The notes below the pieces were generated by a model. It saw only the letters and a program-made list of their open reading frames with translations. It made no database searches and had not been told where the DNA came from. From positions 1 through 64,000 of IMG/VR virus record IMGVR_UViG_3300006127_001273: a DNA stretch of 64,000 nt, one strand, 5' to 3'. The DNA is from a virus (lineage: Duplodnaviria; Caudoviricetes). The translations under genes were made by a program, and so were the position numbers. Below, in pieces: positions 49,194 to 58,615 of the stretch (positions are counted from its first letter, which is position 1; each line of letters opens with the position of its first letter).

Positions 49194-50471
49194 ATGCTAC
49201 TAAGAGAATTATTTAATAATCTATCACTAAAACTATACGAAGGAGGAAATCTTCACATCGGTCAACATGCAGCAGATGAGATCGATCTCAAAGTACATAA
49301 TCGTACTTATATGGTGGGAATTTTAGATAAATTATTACATAATATAAATCAATCGTTTAGTGCGCAGTATAAACAGCCACTATGGTCTCCGCAGTTATTG
49401 CAAAGTAGACAATTCCTTGGTGGTAGTTCATTATCATTTTTTAATTTACCAGAAATTTCAGATGAAGTATACCTAGCCAAAAAACCAAAAGTAGGTGACA
49501 TTGATACACAATGCAACAAACAACTAGAACCGCAAATTAATGAATTCTTAACCAATTTAGTAAACAAAAGAATTGGCAATTCTACGTTCTTAGGATTTAG
49601 CAAAGGTAACGAACAATATAATGCGTTATTTCAATTAGACGAACCACCTGTCAAAATTCAAATTGATTTTGAATTTGGCCGATACGATCCGGAAACTAAC
49701 GAACCTGATGCATGGTACAAGTTTAGTCATAGTTCAGAATGGGAGGATATCAATGCTGGAATTAAAGGTGTATTCCACAAATATATCTATCAAGCATTAT
49801 CAAGTGTTTCTAAAACTGAAGTATATTTTGCTAAACTCGAAGGTAGAGGTGCAAAAAGAGGATATGTCATTGGCGACGAACCTATTCGAATGAATAAATT
49901 ATCGTTTGCTGTTTCGAGTTCACAAGGTGGAGGAGTTAGTACAAAACTTGCTCCGTATCCCGATCCGTCTACTGGGCAACCGATGTATAAGAATGGCATC
50001 CCTGTAATGATCGAGGTGCCATCAAAAGAAAGAAATTATATTCAAGATCTTTCTCAACAGTTTGTATTATTCTTCGGTCATCAACCAACTGTCCAAGATT
50101 TACAATTACAGAAATCATTTGTCGGCACCATGCAATTAATGAATAAGTATCTATCACCGGAGACTAAAGAAGTTGTTGCAAAGTCATTTATCGGTGCATG
50201 TTTTAGAGCCGGTGTTCAAATGATTACACGAGACGATCCAAAAAGAGATGCAAAAATTAAATTTGTCGCAGTTGATCGTATGCTGACTGATCTTAAATTA
50301 CCTCAGTTACGTGACTATGCTGAAGAAAAGGCCATACAATACGAAGAAGATTATCACGAATTGGAGGCATACAAAAAAGCAAATCCAACTGATAAACAAC
50401 CGCGAGCATCATTAAAAAAATTAAAAGCACAACAAGGTCAGACTGACCCTGGAGAATCAGATGAAGATTAA
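49194..50471 (+). CDS. Putative Pol-beta-superfamily nucleotidyltransferase, head-packaged
   Basis: MLLRELF...LYEGGN N-terminus; LGGSS...VGDIDT...IQIDF pattern (GS, DxD, third Asp). Confidence 0.5.
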   Translation: MLLRELFNNLSLKLYEGGNLHIGQHAADEIDLKVHNRTYMVGILDKLLHNINQSFSAQYKQPLWSPQLLQSRQFLGGSSLSFFNLPEISDEVYLAKKPKVGDIDTQCNKQLEPQINEFLTNLVNKRIGNSTFLGFSKGNEQYNALFQLDEPPVKIQIDFEFGRYDPETNEPDAWYKFSHSSEWEDINAGIKGVFHKYIYQALSSVSKTEVYFAKLEGRGAKRGYVIGDEPIRMNKLSFAVSSSQGGGVSTKLAPYPDPSTGQPMYKNGIPVMIEVPSKERNYIQDLSQQFVLFFGHQPTVQDLQLQKSFVGTMQLMNKYLSPETKEVVAKSFIGACFRAGVQMITRDDPKRDAKIKFVAVDRMLTDLKLPQLRDYAEEKAIQYEEDYHELEAYKKANPTDKQPRASLKKLKAQQGQTDPGESDED

Positions 50472-50715
50472 CGAATTATTAGGCGAAACTGCTACCGCAG
50501 GTGCAACTATGTCTGCAAATATCGGCACAGTTGATGCACCACAATTAAGTCCAGGCAAAGCACGTGGTAAAAAATCATACATCGGCAGTCCTGGAAAAAG
50601 TGGAACTAAAGCACCGCCACAACCAAAAGTTGTACAACCAAAAACATCAGCAGGAACCGCGAGCAATGCATTAGATATGAAGTCTAATATATTCGGTGCG
50701 CCGCTAAAACGATAA
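50461..50715 (+). CDS. Small basic protein, putative head-packaged (MKINELLGE N-terminus)
   Basis: 84 aa; ETATAGAT after the N-terminal motif; K/P/G-rich. Confidence 0.6.
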   Translation: MKINELLGETATAGATMSANIGTVDAPQLSPGKARGKKSYIGSPGKSGTKAPPQPKVVQPKTSAGTASNALDMKSNIFGAPLKR

Positions 50716-50741
50716 ATATACTATAAGACCGGAGTTCACTC

Positions 50742-52196
50742 ATGAGCAAGAAACAAATTAACGAATTCGACATCCATGCAGGTTTAGAGACACCACCGTC
50801 TCATCCACATGTCGAACCAACACAAGATTTTATTCCACAAGGCGAAGAAGATCACGAAGGCGCAATGGCTAGAGCAGATCTTTATAAGATGGCTAACTAT
50901 GCAGTAAAATTATTCAAGAAATTAGATGATAATGCACAACTAGAAGGTTGGGTACAAGCAAAGATTACTAAGGCTGCTGATTATATTGCATCAGTTTATC
51001 ACTATCTCGAATACGAAATGAAATTTAGCGAATATGGCAAGCAATTAGAAAATTCTGACATGTTCAACGAAAGTGAAAAAGAAGAACTTAAACTAAAGTT
51101 GAGCGAAGCGAGAGAGAAGATTGCACAGTTAAAGATTGCACAACTTCAAAAATTAGAAGAAGGCAAGAAGAGTCCTAAGGCTAAGAAAGATTGGGATAAG
51201 GACGGTAAGATCGAATCTGAAAAGGACGAAGTTATCGGAAGTCGTCGTAAAGCAGCCGGATTAGACGAATCATGGGACGATGATGACGAAGATGCAGATG
51301 TTAAAAGAGCAGACGACGAATTAAGAAAGCGTAAAGTTAAATTACCAAAGACTAAGGCTGATCCAGATAAGGATATGAGCAAGTTGGCAAAGAAATCTAA
51401 GAAAGAAGATGACTTAGATGAAACTTACGGTCAAGGCATTTACGAAGGATGGGACGACGATGACGACGAAGATCCAGATGTAAAGCGAGCTGATTCGGAA
51501 TTAAAGAAGCGCGGTGTTAAGTTACCTAAGGTAAAGCACAAAGAAGTTCCAGTTAAGAAAACTGCTAAGGACAAGGAAGAAGAATTAGATGAAGGTTCTG
51601 GTCCTTATCAATTAAGCGATCCTAAGCATCCTAAATTCAAATCAAATTACGAAAAGTTTAAGAAATCAAATCCAGATAAGAAGTTAGCCGATTTTGTTGC
51701 TGCTATGAAAAAGAAGGATAAGGCTGGATTAGATGAATCATGGGACGATGATGACGAAGACGATGATGTTAAAAGAGCTGATTCTGAATTAAAGAAGCGC
51801 GGTGTTAAGTTACCTAAGGTAAAGCACAAAGAAGTTCCAGTTAAGAAGACTGCTAAGGACAAGGAAGAAGAAAAACTCGACGAAATTTCTCAAAAAACAG
51901 CAGTGGGTTATGTCAAGAAAGTAGCAGACAATGCTGAATCTAACAAAGACACATTTACTCCTAAACGTCTTAAAGGTGTAATAACTGCGGGCAATAAAGT
52001 TATGGGAAAGCCTCATGCTAAAGTTCCAGCAACTAACGAAGGTAAGAAACCAGACTTCTTAGACTTAGACAAGGACGGTAACAAGAAAGAGCCAATGAAG
52101 AAGGCTGCTAAGGAAAAGACATCTAAGAAAGAATGTATGAAAGAGTCAGTTGAACTCGATCGTATGAAAGAGTTCTTAAAACGTCTAAACGGATAA
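50742..52196 (+). CDS. Highly charged repeat protein, putative prohead core/internal polyprotein
   Basis: 484 aa; many LDE/LEE sites; three WDDDD..DVKRAD.EL.KR.VKLPK repeats; two DxDKDG motifs; GATAAATA at 50711-50718. Confidence 0.6.
   Translation: MSKKQINEFDIHAGLETPPSHPHVEPTQDFIPQGEEDHEGAMARADLYKMANYAVKLFKKLDDNAQLEGWVQAKITKAADYIASVYHYLEYEMKFSEYGKQLENSDMFNESEKEELKLKLSEAREKIAQLKIAQLQKLEEGKKSPKAKKDWDKDGKIESEKDEVIGSRRKAAGLDESWDDDDEDADVKRADDELRKRKVKLPKTKADPDKDMSKLAKKSKKEDDLDETYGQGIYEGWDDDDDEDPDVKRADSELKKRGVKLPKVKHKEVPVKKTAKDKEEELDEGSGPYQLSDPKHPKFKSNYEKFKKSNPDKKLADFVAAMKKKDKAGLDESWDDDDEDDDVKRADSELKKRGVKLPKVKHKEVPVKKTAKDKEEEKLDEISQKTAVGYVKKVADNAESNKDTFTPKRLKGVITAGNKVMGKPHAKVPATNEGKKPDFLDLDKDGNKKEPMKKAAKEKTSKKECMKESVELDRMKEFLKRLNG
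51262..51875 (+). repeat. Three copies of a ~30-45-aa acidic/basic module; copies 2 and 3 near-identical at DNA level
   Basis: gaattaaagaagcgcggtgttaagttacctaaggtaaagcacaaagaagttccagttaagaa at ~51498 and ~51786. Confidence 0.85.
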
Positions 52197-52200
52197 TATA

Positions 52201-53127
52201 ATGGACATGAAGAAAATTCTACAGGCACTTGATAATACAGCATCAAAGCCTGTAGAAGGTGCTAATGATATTAAAAAATCGTTGCAAATTTTAGAAGAGG
52301 GGGCTAATCCGCATAAGGTTAGCCTTCCTGTTCAAATGGCTATGCAACATTATCAAGCACCAGTTGTGGAATCTAAACCAAAGAAAGGTTCGATTCTTAA
52401 AAAATATTTTGCAGAAGCTGAACAAGAAGTAGAAGCAGCTCGAGAACAAGAACAGTTAAGAATTCAAATGTATTCTCGTAAGATTGCACAAAAAGTCTTA
52501 GGCGAAAGCAAAGTTAGTGAAGCACCAATTGCATATAACAAAGACGAACCTATGAATCCTTTAATTCATAGCCACAAAGGTGTAAATCAATCTACATTAA
52601 AGGGACGTATTATGCGAGCTCGTTCACAAATAAAAGAACTTGCTGACTACGCGCAATACGATGATTTAAACATGTGGAAAACAATTGTAAACCATTGGCC
52701 AGAAGTATCTATGAATATTGATCAAATCGACCATGGAATACAAGAATTATCTTCGTTACGTAAAAAAGGCGGGATTAAAAGTCGCGGTATCGATCCAACA
52801 TTAGAAGATGAATTAGTTAATCCAGAAGATGCTGTAAAAATGGACATCCCATTATTAATTCGTCTTTTAGAATATGCTCGTGAAGATGCTAAAACAGACA
52901 TGGATCTACATAATGTTGCTGAAATGCTTATTAATTTAAGTAAAGACGGCGATACTTTATCAATGGATCAATACGACCAAATTGTAGGCGATCAAAAATT
53001 ATTACCTAGCCCAACTGACGAAGGACGAAATCCTTGTTGGAAAGGTTATAGACAGCTCGGAACTAAAGCAAAAGGCGGTTACAGAGTGCCTAATTGTGTT
53101 CCAGAAAAGAAAAAGAGATTTAGATAA
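52201..53127 (+). CDS. Modular putative head/internal protein
   Basis: MDMKKILQALD N-terminus; modules separated by ILEE, VVES, LGES, VSE, TLED, TDE; C-terminal CWKGY...KGG..VPNCVP micro-domain. Confidence 0.55.
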   Translation: MDMKKILQALDNTASKPVEGANDIKKSLQILEEGANPHKVSLPVQMAMQHYQAPVVESKPKKGSILKKYFAEAEQEVEAAREQEQLRIQMYSRKIAQKVLGESKVSEAPIAYNKDEPMNPLIHSHKGVNQSTLKGRIMRARSQIKELADYAQYDDLNMWKTIVNHWPEVSMNIDQIDHGIQELSSLRKKGGIKSRGIDPTLEDELVNPEDAVKMDIPLLIRLLEYAREDAKTDMDLHNVAEMLINLSKDGDTLSMDQYDQIVGDQKLLPSPTDEGRNPCWKGYRQLGTKAKGGYRVPNCVPEKKKRFR

Positions 53128-53128
53128 A

Positions 53129-54547
53129 ATGACACTAGAACACTCTATCAGACAAGAATTAGTCGAAAGTTTCGGATATCAATTAGACGAAGAAGGCCTT
53201 GGCGCAGATATGATGAAAAGATTATCGGCACATTCTGCTAATACATCAGTAATGTCTAAAGGTCCTGATTTTACAAAAGCTGTAAAGGCAGGAAATACAA
53301 AACTACTAACTCGACTAGCAACTGTTTTTGGATTATACGAGTTATGGGTCCCTGCGCAAAATGCTATAATCAATATACAAAATCGTCTTGATAAAAATGA
53401 GATATCAGAAGAGCAAGCAATTAAAGAAATGGATATCACCGTAGCACAATTTTCTGCAAGAGTGTTATCAACATTGATCACTAGCGGACTATTATTTAGA
53501 GTGTTACCTATTGTAGCAAGAATTGCAACTCCTATTCCATTTTTTGGACCAATATTTGCCGGATTAAGTCTAATTGCTATGACACCAGCTGCTAGAACTT
53601 ATATCAGTACTTGGGTAAATTCTAATGGATCGTGGTTAAGTAAAATTATTGCTACCTATTTATTATCTCACGTGATACCACCAGACAGTAAGATAATTGC
53701 TTCTGCAGCCAGTTTAGCCGCCGAAGGAACGAAAAAGTTCGGTGAATTTTCCGATCAAATGCTCAGCGATGTAGGATCTTCAGTATTACACCGTCATTCC
53801 GACACTCCAGCTGATACAACTACTGCACCTAGTAATTCTCAAGATGATTATATCAATCCAGCCTCAGTTGGCGGAGCTCAGACACCGTCTATAAATCAAA
53901 AAATAGATAAAATTCGAGAAAAGTTAATTAGCTTAGGAGAAAAAATTCCTGCAACTGGCGCACCTGATGAAGAATTTTACGCTGCATATCATAGACACAG
54001 AAATGATGTTAAAGGCATTCAAGAATCAGGTGAGTCAATTCGTGAGTTATCATTAAAATTACAAATCCTTGAAGATGCAAAATCTGATGCAGAAGCAGGC
54101 GCTAAAGAATTTATGCAAGATTTTCCAGATTTAGTACAAATTATTCAACAGAGAATGACACAGAACGCTCCTGCTCAAGGCGGAACTCCTACACCTGCAC
54201 AGCAAGACATACCTGCACAAGGCGGAACCTCTGCACCAGCAGTTAGCACAACTGCGGGTCCTTTGGGTGCGCAAGCATCTGCAGGTGGATTAAATGTATC
54301 TGCCGGACCGCAGGGTAGCAATTTTGATGCAAGCGGACATATCACCGGAATGCCGCCTACAACATTAAATGGACCAAATCAAGAATTATTAAATAAAGCG
54401 GCAGAACTCACAAAGGCAGGAAATACCGAAAAGGCAAAGATATATACAGACGTATATGCAAGACAAGTAGCACAACAAAAGGCTGCTAAACCTACATCTG
54501 AAAATACAGAATTAAACAGAATCATTACATTAGCAAAAAACAAATAA
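53129..54547 (+). CDS. Putative ejected/internal virion protein with hydrophobic helices
   Basis: ATG at 53129; LVES/LDEE/IQES/ILED sites; hydrophobic VLSTLITSGLLFRVLPIV...IFAGLSLIAM; PG-binding-like IREKLISLG..PATG; C-terminal ELNRIITLA. Confidence 0.5.
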   Translation: MTLEHSIRQELVESFGYQLDEEGLGADMMKRLSAHSANTSVMSKGPDFTKAVKAGNTKLLTRLATVFGLYELWVPAQNAIINIQNRLDKNEISEEQAIKEMDITVAQFSARVLSTLITSGLLFRVLPIVARIATPIPFFGPIFAGLSLIAMTPAARTYISTWVNSNGSWLSKIIATYLLSHVIPPDSKIIASAASLAAEGTKKFGEFSDQMLSDVGSSVLHRHSDTPADTTTAPSNSQDDYINPASVGGAQTPSINQKIDKIREKLISLGEKIPATGAPDEEFYAAYHRHRNDVKGIQESGESIRELSLKLQILEDAKSDAEAGAKEFMQDFPDLVQIIQQRMTQNAPAQGGTPTPAQQDIPAQGGTSAPAVSTTAGPLGAQASAGGLNVSAGPQGSNFDASGHITGMPPTTLNGPNQELLNKAAELTKAGNTEKAKIYTDVYARQVAQQKAAKPTSENTELNRIITLAKNK

Positions 54548-54558
54548 CATCATTTACA

Positions 54559-54587
54559 TTGACAGTAAATAAGAATTAATCTAAACT
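54559..54587 (+). promoter_or_regulatory. sigma70 promoter for dsbA-like/polB operon
   Basis: TTGACA (54559-54564), 17 nt spacer, TAAACT (54582-54587). Confidence 0.6.
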
Positions 54588-54610
54588 AGGCATTTAAAGG
54601 GAGAAAATTT

Positions 54611-54865
54611 ATGAGTAGAGCATATGGCGCCGAAGAAAAGGCAAAACTTGAAAGACTTATCAATGAAGGTTCAACTGTTTTAAGAGAAATTGAAGATCTC
54701 AACGAAGGTCTCAAGGACACAGTCAAGGCAGTAGCAGAGGAACTAAATATCAAGCCGAGTGTTATCAACAAGGCTATCAAAATTGCACATAAGGGCAATT
54801 GGCAAGATCATAATTCCGATTGGGAAGAGATCGAAGCAATTCTAGACGTCACAAAGCGCATCTAA
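54611..54865 (+). CDS. T4 DsbA/GapR-like dsDNA-binding protein
   Basis: 84 aa helical: KLERLINEG..LREIEDL..LKDTVKAVAEELNIKPSVINKAIKIAHK. Confidence 0.65.
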   Translation: MSRAYGAEEKAKLERLINEGSTVLREIEDLNEGLKDTVKAVAEELNIKPSVINKAIKIAHKGNWQDHNSDWEEIEAILDVTKRI

Positions 54866-54878
54866 TTGCAACAGGAAA

Positions 54879-54936
54879 GGTTCTACGAGCCATAAATCGT
54901 ATTGCGGGTGAGTGTGAGCCGAAAATCACACAGGAG
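54879..54936 (+). promoter_or_regulatory. Tandem hairpin/pseudoknot elements abutting the polB SD (putative translational operator)
   Basis: GGT-TC-TACGA-GCC-ATAAA-TCGTA and GGT-GA-GTGTGA-GCC-GAAAA-TCACAC, then AGGAG. Confidence 0.55.
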
Positions 54937-54940
54937 AAAA

Positions 54941-57607
54941 ATGAGTTATGTCGATGCATATTTCGACCGTGATAATGATATCATTAAAATTGTCGAAAGA
55001 AATTCTAAAGGTGAACGGGAATTTAGAGATGTTCCTGTAAAACACACTTTCTATTATAAAGATCCAAAAGGAAAACATCAAAGTATTTACGGTGACCCAG
55101 TATCAAGGGTTGTTTGTAAAAATACTAAAGACTTCCGAAAGGAAATGGCTATTGCTAGCGGCAAGCAAATATATGAAGCAGATATTAATCCAATCTTTGT
55201 TTGTTTGTCAGAAAACTATTTAAATCAAGATGCTCCGAAACTTAATGTAGCATTTTTCGATATCGAAGTGGACTTTGATCCAGAAAGAGGCTATGCTAGT
55301 CCAGATGATGCATTTATGCCTATTACTGCAATCGCTGTCCACTTACAATGGTTAGAAACACTTGTATGTCTTGCAATTCCTCCAAAGACATTAACTATGG
55401 AGCAAGCACAAGAGCAAATCAAAGACTTTCCAAATACTATTTTGTTTGATAATGAAGCAGAATTGTTAGATACGTTTTTAGATTTAATTCAAGAAGCAGA
55501 CATTTTAAGTGGATGGAATAGCGAAGGGTTCGATATTCCGTATACAGTTAATCGTGTTATTAAGGTGTTATCGAAGGAAGACACTAGACGATTCTGTTTG
55601 TTTAATCAATTACCAAAAAAGCGTGAGTTCGAAAAGTTCGGTAGACAAGCAACTACATATGACTTTGTCGGGCGTGTACATATGGATAGTTTAGAACTAT
55701 ATCGTAAGTATACCTATGAAGAAAGACATAGTTACAGACTAGACGCAATTGCCGAATACGAGTTAGGAGAACGAAAAACACAGTATGAAGGTACACTTGA
55801 TCAGTTATACAACAATGATTTCAAAACATTCATTGAATATAACAGACAAGATACTATGCTTCTTGATCGTTTAGATAAGAAATTAAAGTTTTTAGATCTT
55901 GCTAATTCACTTGCACACGAAAATACAGTATTGCTCCAAACTACAATGGGAGCAGTAGCAGTAACAGAACAAGCAATCATTAATGAAGCACATCGTAGAG
56001 GATTTGTTGTCCCAAATCGTCCCAAATCAGATGAACGGGAAAACACCAATGCAGCCGGTGCGTATGTTGCATATCCAAAAGAAGGAATTCAAGACTGGGT
56101 AGGATCTTTAGACATCAACTCCCTATATCCTTCAGTAATTCGTGCGTTAAATATGGGCCCGGAAACGATTATCGGGCAATTAAGAACAGTCGGAACCGAT
56201 GCGTATATCGAAACTCAAATGGCAAAGGGCAAATCATTTGCATCTGCATGGGAAGGTCATTTTGGCACACTTGAATATGAGTCGGTAATGAAGCAAGAAA
56301 TCGGTACTGATATCACAATCGATTGGGAAAATGGTGATATTGATATTGTAAGTGCAGCCGAAGTATATCGACTAATTTATGAAAGTAATCAACCTTGGAT
56401 GTTAAGTGCAAACGGTACTATCTTTACGTGGGAGAAAGAAGGAGTTATTCCCGGATTGTTAAAGCGTTGGTATGCAGAACGTAAAGAAATGCAGGCTAAA
56501 GAGAAGGATGCACAAAATGCAGGTAACGAGATTGAAGAAGAATACTGGGCAAAGAGACAGTTAGTTAAAAAGATTAATCTAAATAGTCTATATGGTGCTA
56601 TTCTTAATCCAGGTTGTAGATTCTTCGATAAGAGGATAGGACAATCTACTACATTAACTGGTCGTCAAATTGCAAAACATATGGCTTCCAAAGTTAACGA
56701 GGTTATTACAGGTGATTACGATCACGTAGGCAAAGCAATTATTTACGGTGATACTGACTCCTGTTATTTTTCAGCGTATAAGATCTTAAAGAAGGACATC
56801 GATAACGGTAGTATTCCATGGTCAAAAGAAGCAGTAACTCAACTATACGATCAAATTGGCGAAGAAGTCAATGGAACATTTGCACAATTTATGTTAGACC
56901 AGTTTCATTGCCCTAAAGTTCGCGGGGAAGTTATTAGAGCAGGACGAGAAATTGTAGGATCAAAGGCATTGTTTATTACTAAAAAGCGGTATGCAGTACT
57001 TGTATATGATAAAGAAGGTAAACGTAAGGATAAGGACGGCAAACCCGGAGAAATTAAAGCAATGGGGTTAGATCTCAAACGTTCAGATACTCCAGAATTC
57101 ATTCAAGACTTTTTAAGTAAAGTACTCGAAATGGTACTTACTGGCTCTCAGGAACAAGAAGTATTAGATTACATCACTGAGTTTAGGACTGAATTTAAAA
57201 TGCGACCGGGTTGGGAAAAAGGAAGCCCTAAAAGAGCTAATAATATTACCGAATACGAAGCAAAGGAAAAACGCCAAGGCAAAGCAAATCTTCCGGGACA
57301 TGTTAGAGCAAGTATTAACTGGAATACATTAAGGAAATTATATAACGACAAGTATTCTATGATTATCCTCGATGGAGCGAAGGTTATCGTATGTAAACTT
57401 CGGCCTAATCCACTAGAATTTACTAGTGTAGCATATCCAGTAGACGAACTTAGATTACCGCAATGGTTTAAAGATTTGCCATTCGATCATTCAGAAATGG
57501 AAGCAACTATTATCGATAAGAAACTAGATAACCTAATTGGAGTATTGAACTGGAATTTATCTAGTACTGAAGAGAAAAATACATTTAATAGTTTATTTGA
57601 GTTTTGA
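54941..57607 (+). CDS. polB: Family B DNA polymerase with 3'-5' exonuclease
   Basis: FFDIEVD (ExoI), GWNSEGFDIPY (ExoII), YNRQD (ExoIII), DINSLYPS, KINLNSLYG, YGDTDS, KKRY; start set at ATG 54941 after AGGAG. Confidence 0.95.
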   Translation: MSYVDAYFDRDNDIIKIVERNSKGEREFRDVPVKHTFYYKDPKGKHQSIYGDPVSRVVCKNTKDFRKEMAIASGKQIYEADINPIFVCLSENYLNQDAPKLNVAFFDIEVDFDPERGYASPDDAFMPITAIAVHLQWLETLVCLAIPPKTLTMEQAQEQIKDFPNTILFDNEAELLDTFLDLIQEADILSGWNSEGFDIPYTVNRVIKVLSKEDTRRFCLFNQLPKKREFEKFGRQATTYDFVGRVHMDSLELYRKYTYEERHSYRLDAIAEYELGERKTQYEGTLDQLYNNDFKTFIEYNRQDTMLLDRLDKKLKFLDLANSLAHENTVLLQTTMGAVAVTEQAIINEAHRRGFVVPNRPKSDERENTNAAGAYVAYPKEGIQDWVGSLDINSLYPSVIRALNMGPETIIGQLRTVGTDAYIETQMAKGKSFASAWEGHFGTLEYESVMKQEIGTDITIDWENGDIDIVSAAEVYRLIYESNQPWMLSANGTIFTWEKEGVIPGLLKRWYAERKEMQAKEKDAQNAGNEIEEEYWAKRQLVKKINLNSLYGAILNPGCRFFDKRIGQSTTLTGRQIAKHMASKVNEVITGDYDHVGKAIIYGDTDSCYFSAYKILKKDIDNGSIPWSKEAVTQLYDQIGEEVNGTFAQFMLDQFHCPKVRGEVIRAGREIVGSKALFITKKRYAVLVYDKEGKRKDKDGKPGEIKAMGLDLKRSDTPEFIQDFLSKVLEMVLTGSQEQEVLDYITEFRTEFKMRPGWEKGSPKRANNITEYEAKEKRQGKANLPGHVRASINWNTLRKLYNDKYSMIILDGAKVIVCKLRPNPLEFTSVAYPVDELRLPQWFKDLPFDHSEMEATIIDKKLDNLIGVLNWNLSSTEEKNTFNSLFEF

Positions 57608-57619
57608 TAAGAATAATTC

Positions 57620-57648
57620 TTGACTACAGACAATAACCTAAATATAAT
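57620..57648 (+). promoter_or_regulatory. sigma70 promoter with overlapping TAAATA
   Basis: TTGACT (57620-57625), 17 nt spacer, TATAAT (57643-57648). Confidence 0.65.
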
Positions 57649-57672
57649 AACATAATACGGAGAATAATAATA

Positions 57673-58413
57673 ATGAAAGATATTTTACAGGATTTAATTG
57701 CACATACTCACGCACTAGGATTTATTCCATTAGTTAAGGTTTCGTCTATTAATAGCGAAACTGTTATCGAAGCACGAGCTGATGATCTTTCAGTAAATGT
57801 GTTTGGCAAGACTAATAATCCAATTGAAGGATTCGACGGGGTATTCGGCATGCCTAATCTAAATAAACTCGACATTCATTTAAAATGTCCTGAGTATAAA
57901 GAAAACGCACAAATTACAATAGAGACAGAAGACCGAGATGGGGTAGAGGAACCTGCTGGATTACACTTTGTTAATGAAACTGGCGATTTTAGGAATTATT
58001 ACCGATTCATGAGCAGTATTGTTGTTAACAGCAAATTAAAATCAGTGAAATTTAAAGACAATGGTCCAACGTGGGTTATCGAATTTAACCCGTCGCAGAA
58101 TAGCATCCAACGACTTAAATTCCAGCAATCTGCACATTCAGAAGAAACAGTTGTTAAAGTCAAATCAGATAACGGTAATCTTGTTTTTAGTTTCGGTGAT
58201 GCAAACACTCATGCTGGCTCATTTGTTTTTGAATCAGGTATTTCAGGATCATTAAAGCAACCGATGTCATGGCCTATTTCACAATTAATTAGCATTTTGT
58301 CTTTGCCTGGCGATATGAGCATTAAAATTGCAGAAAATCCAGGTGCGATGATGATCACTGTTAATAGTGGATTAGCAGAATACAATTACGTATTACCTGC
58401 TCATACGAAATAA
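57673..58413 (+). CDS. Putative sliding clamp (gp45/PCNA-like)
   Basis: 246 aa, alternating beta/alpha pattern ending YNYVLPA; directly after polB; clamp loader present; no diagnostic motif. Confidence 0.5.
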   Translation: MKDILQDLIAHTHALGFIPLVKVSSINSETVIEARADDLSVNVFGKTNNPIEGFDGVFGMPNLNKLDIHLKCPEYKENAQITIETEDRDGVEEPAGLHFVNETGDFRNYYRFMSSIVVNSKLKSVKFKDNGPTWVIEFNPSQNSIQRLKFQQSAHSEETVVKVKSDNGNLVFSFGDANTHAGSFVFESGISGSLKQPMSWPISQLISILSLPGDMSIKIAENPGAMMITVNSGLAEYNYVLPAHTK

Positions 58414-58414
58414 G

Positions 58415-58615
58415 ATGGAAACACATAAAAGAACTATTGTTCGAATGATTACTTATAGAATATCTGCATGGTTATTCACGATTCTATGGACATACATGTT
58501 CACTAACGATATCGGAAAAAGTACAGGATTTGCAACAATATTACATATTCTTTTAAGTATCGATTACTATATTCACGAACGAATATGGTTAAAAATTAAA
58601 TGGGGCAAAATATGA
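58415..58615 (+). CDS. DUF2061-like small membrane protein
   Basis: ETHKRTIVRMITYR...YYIHERIWLKIKWG. Confidence 0.75.
   Translation: METHKRTIVRMITYRISAWLFTILWTYMFTNDIGKSTGFATILHILLSIDYYIHERIWLKIKWGKI

Noticed and set aside
54870-54905. Resemblance of AGGTTCTA...ATAAA to a preQ1-I riboswitch (attractive given the que/dpd genes)
   Set aside because: P1 would be only 3 bp and there is no loop cytidine positioned for ligand pairing; kept as an unnamed pseudoknot motif instead
54902-54940. N-terminal extension of PolB as given in the ORF track (similarly 53096, 40811, 35561, 6541, 9239, 58600)
   Set aside because: Downstream ATGs have an SD, a promoter or stop-start coupling, so starts were moved
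56170-56400. ~75-aa insertion in PolB between motifs A and B as a possible intein or intron
   Set aside because: No Cys/Ser start with His-Asn end, too short, and the frame is open
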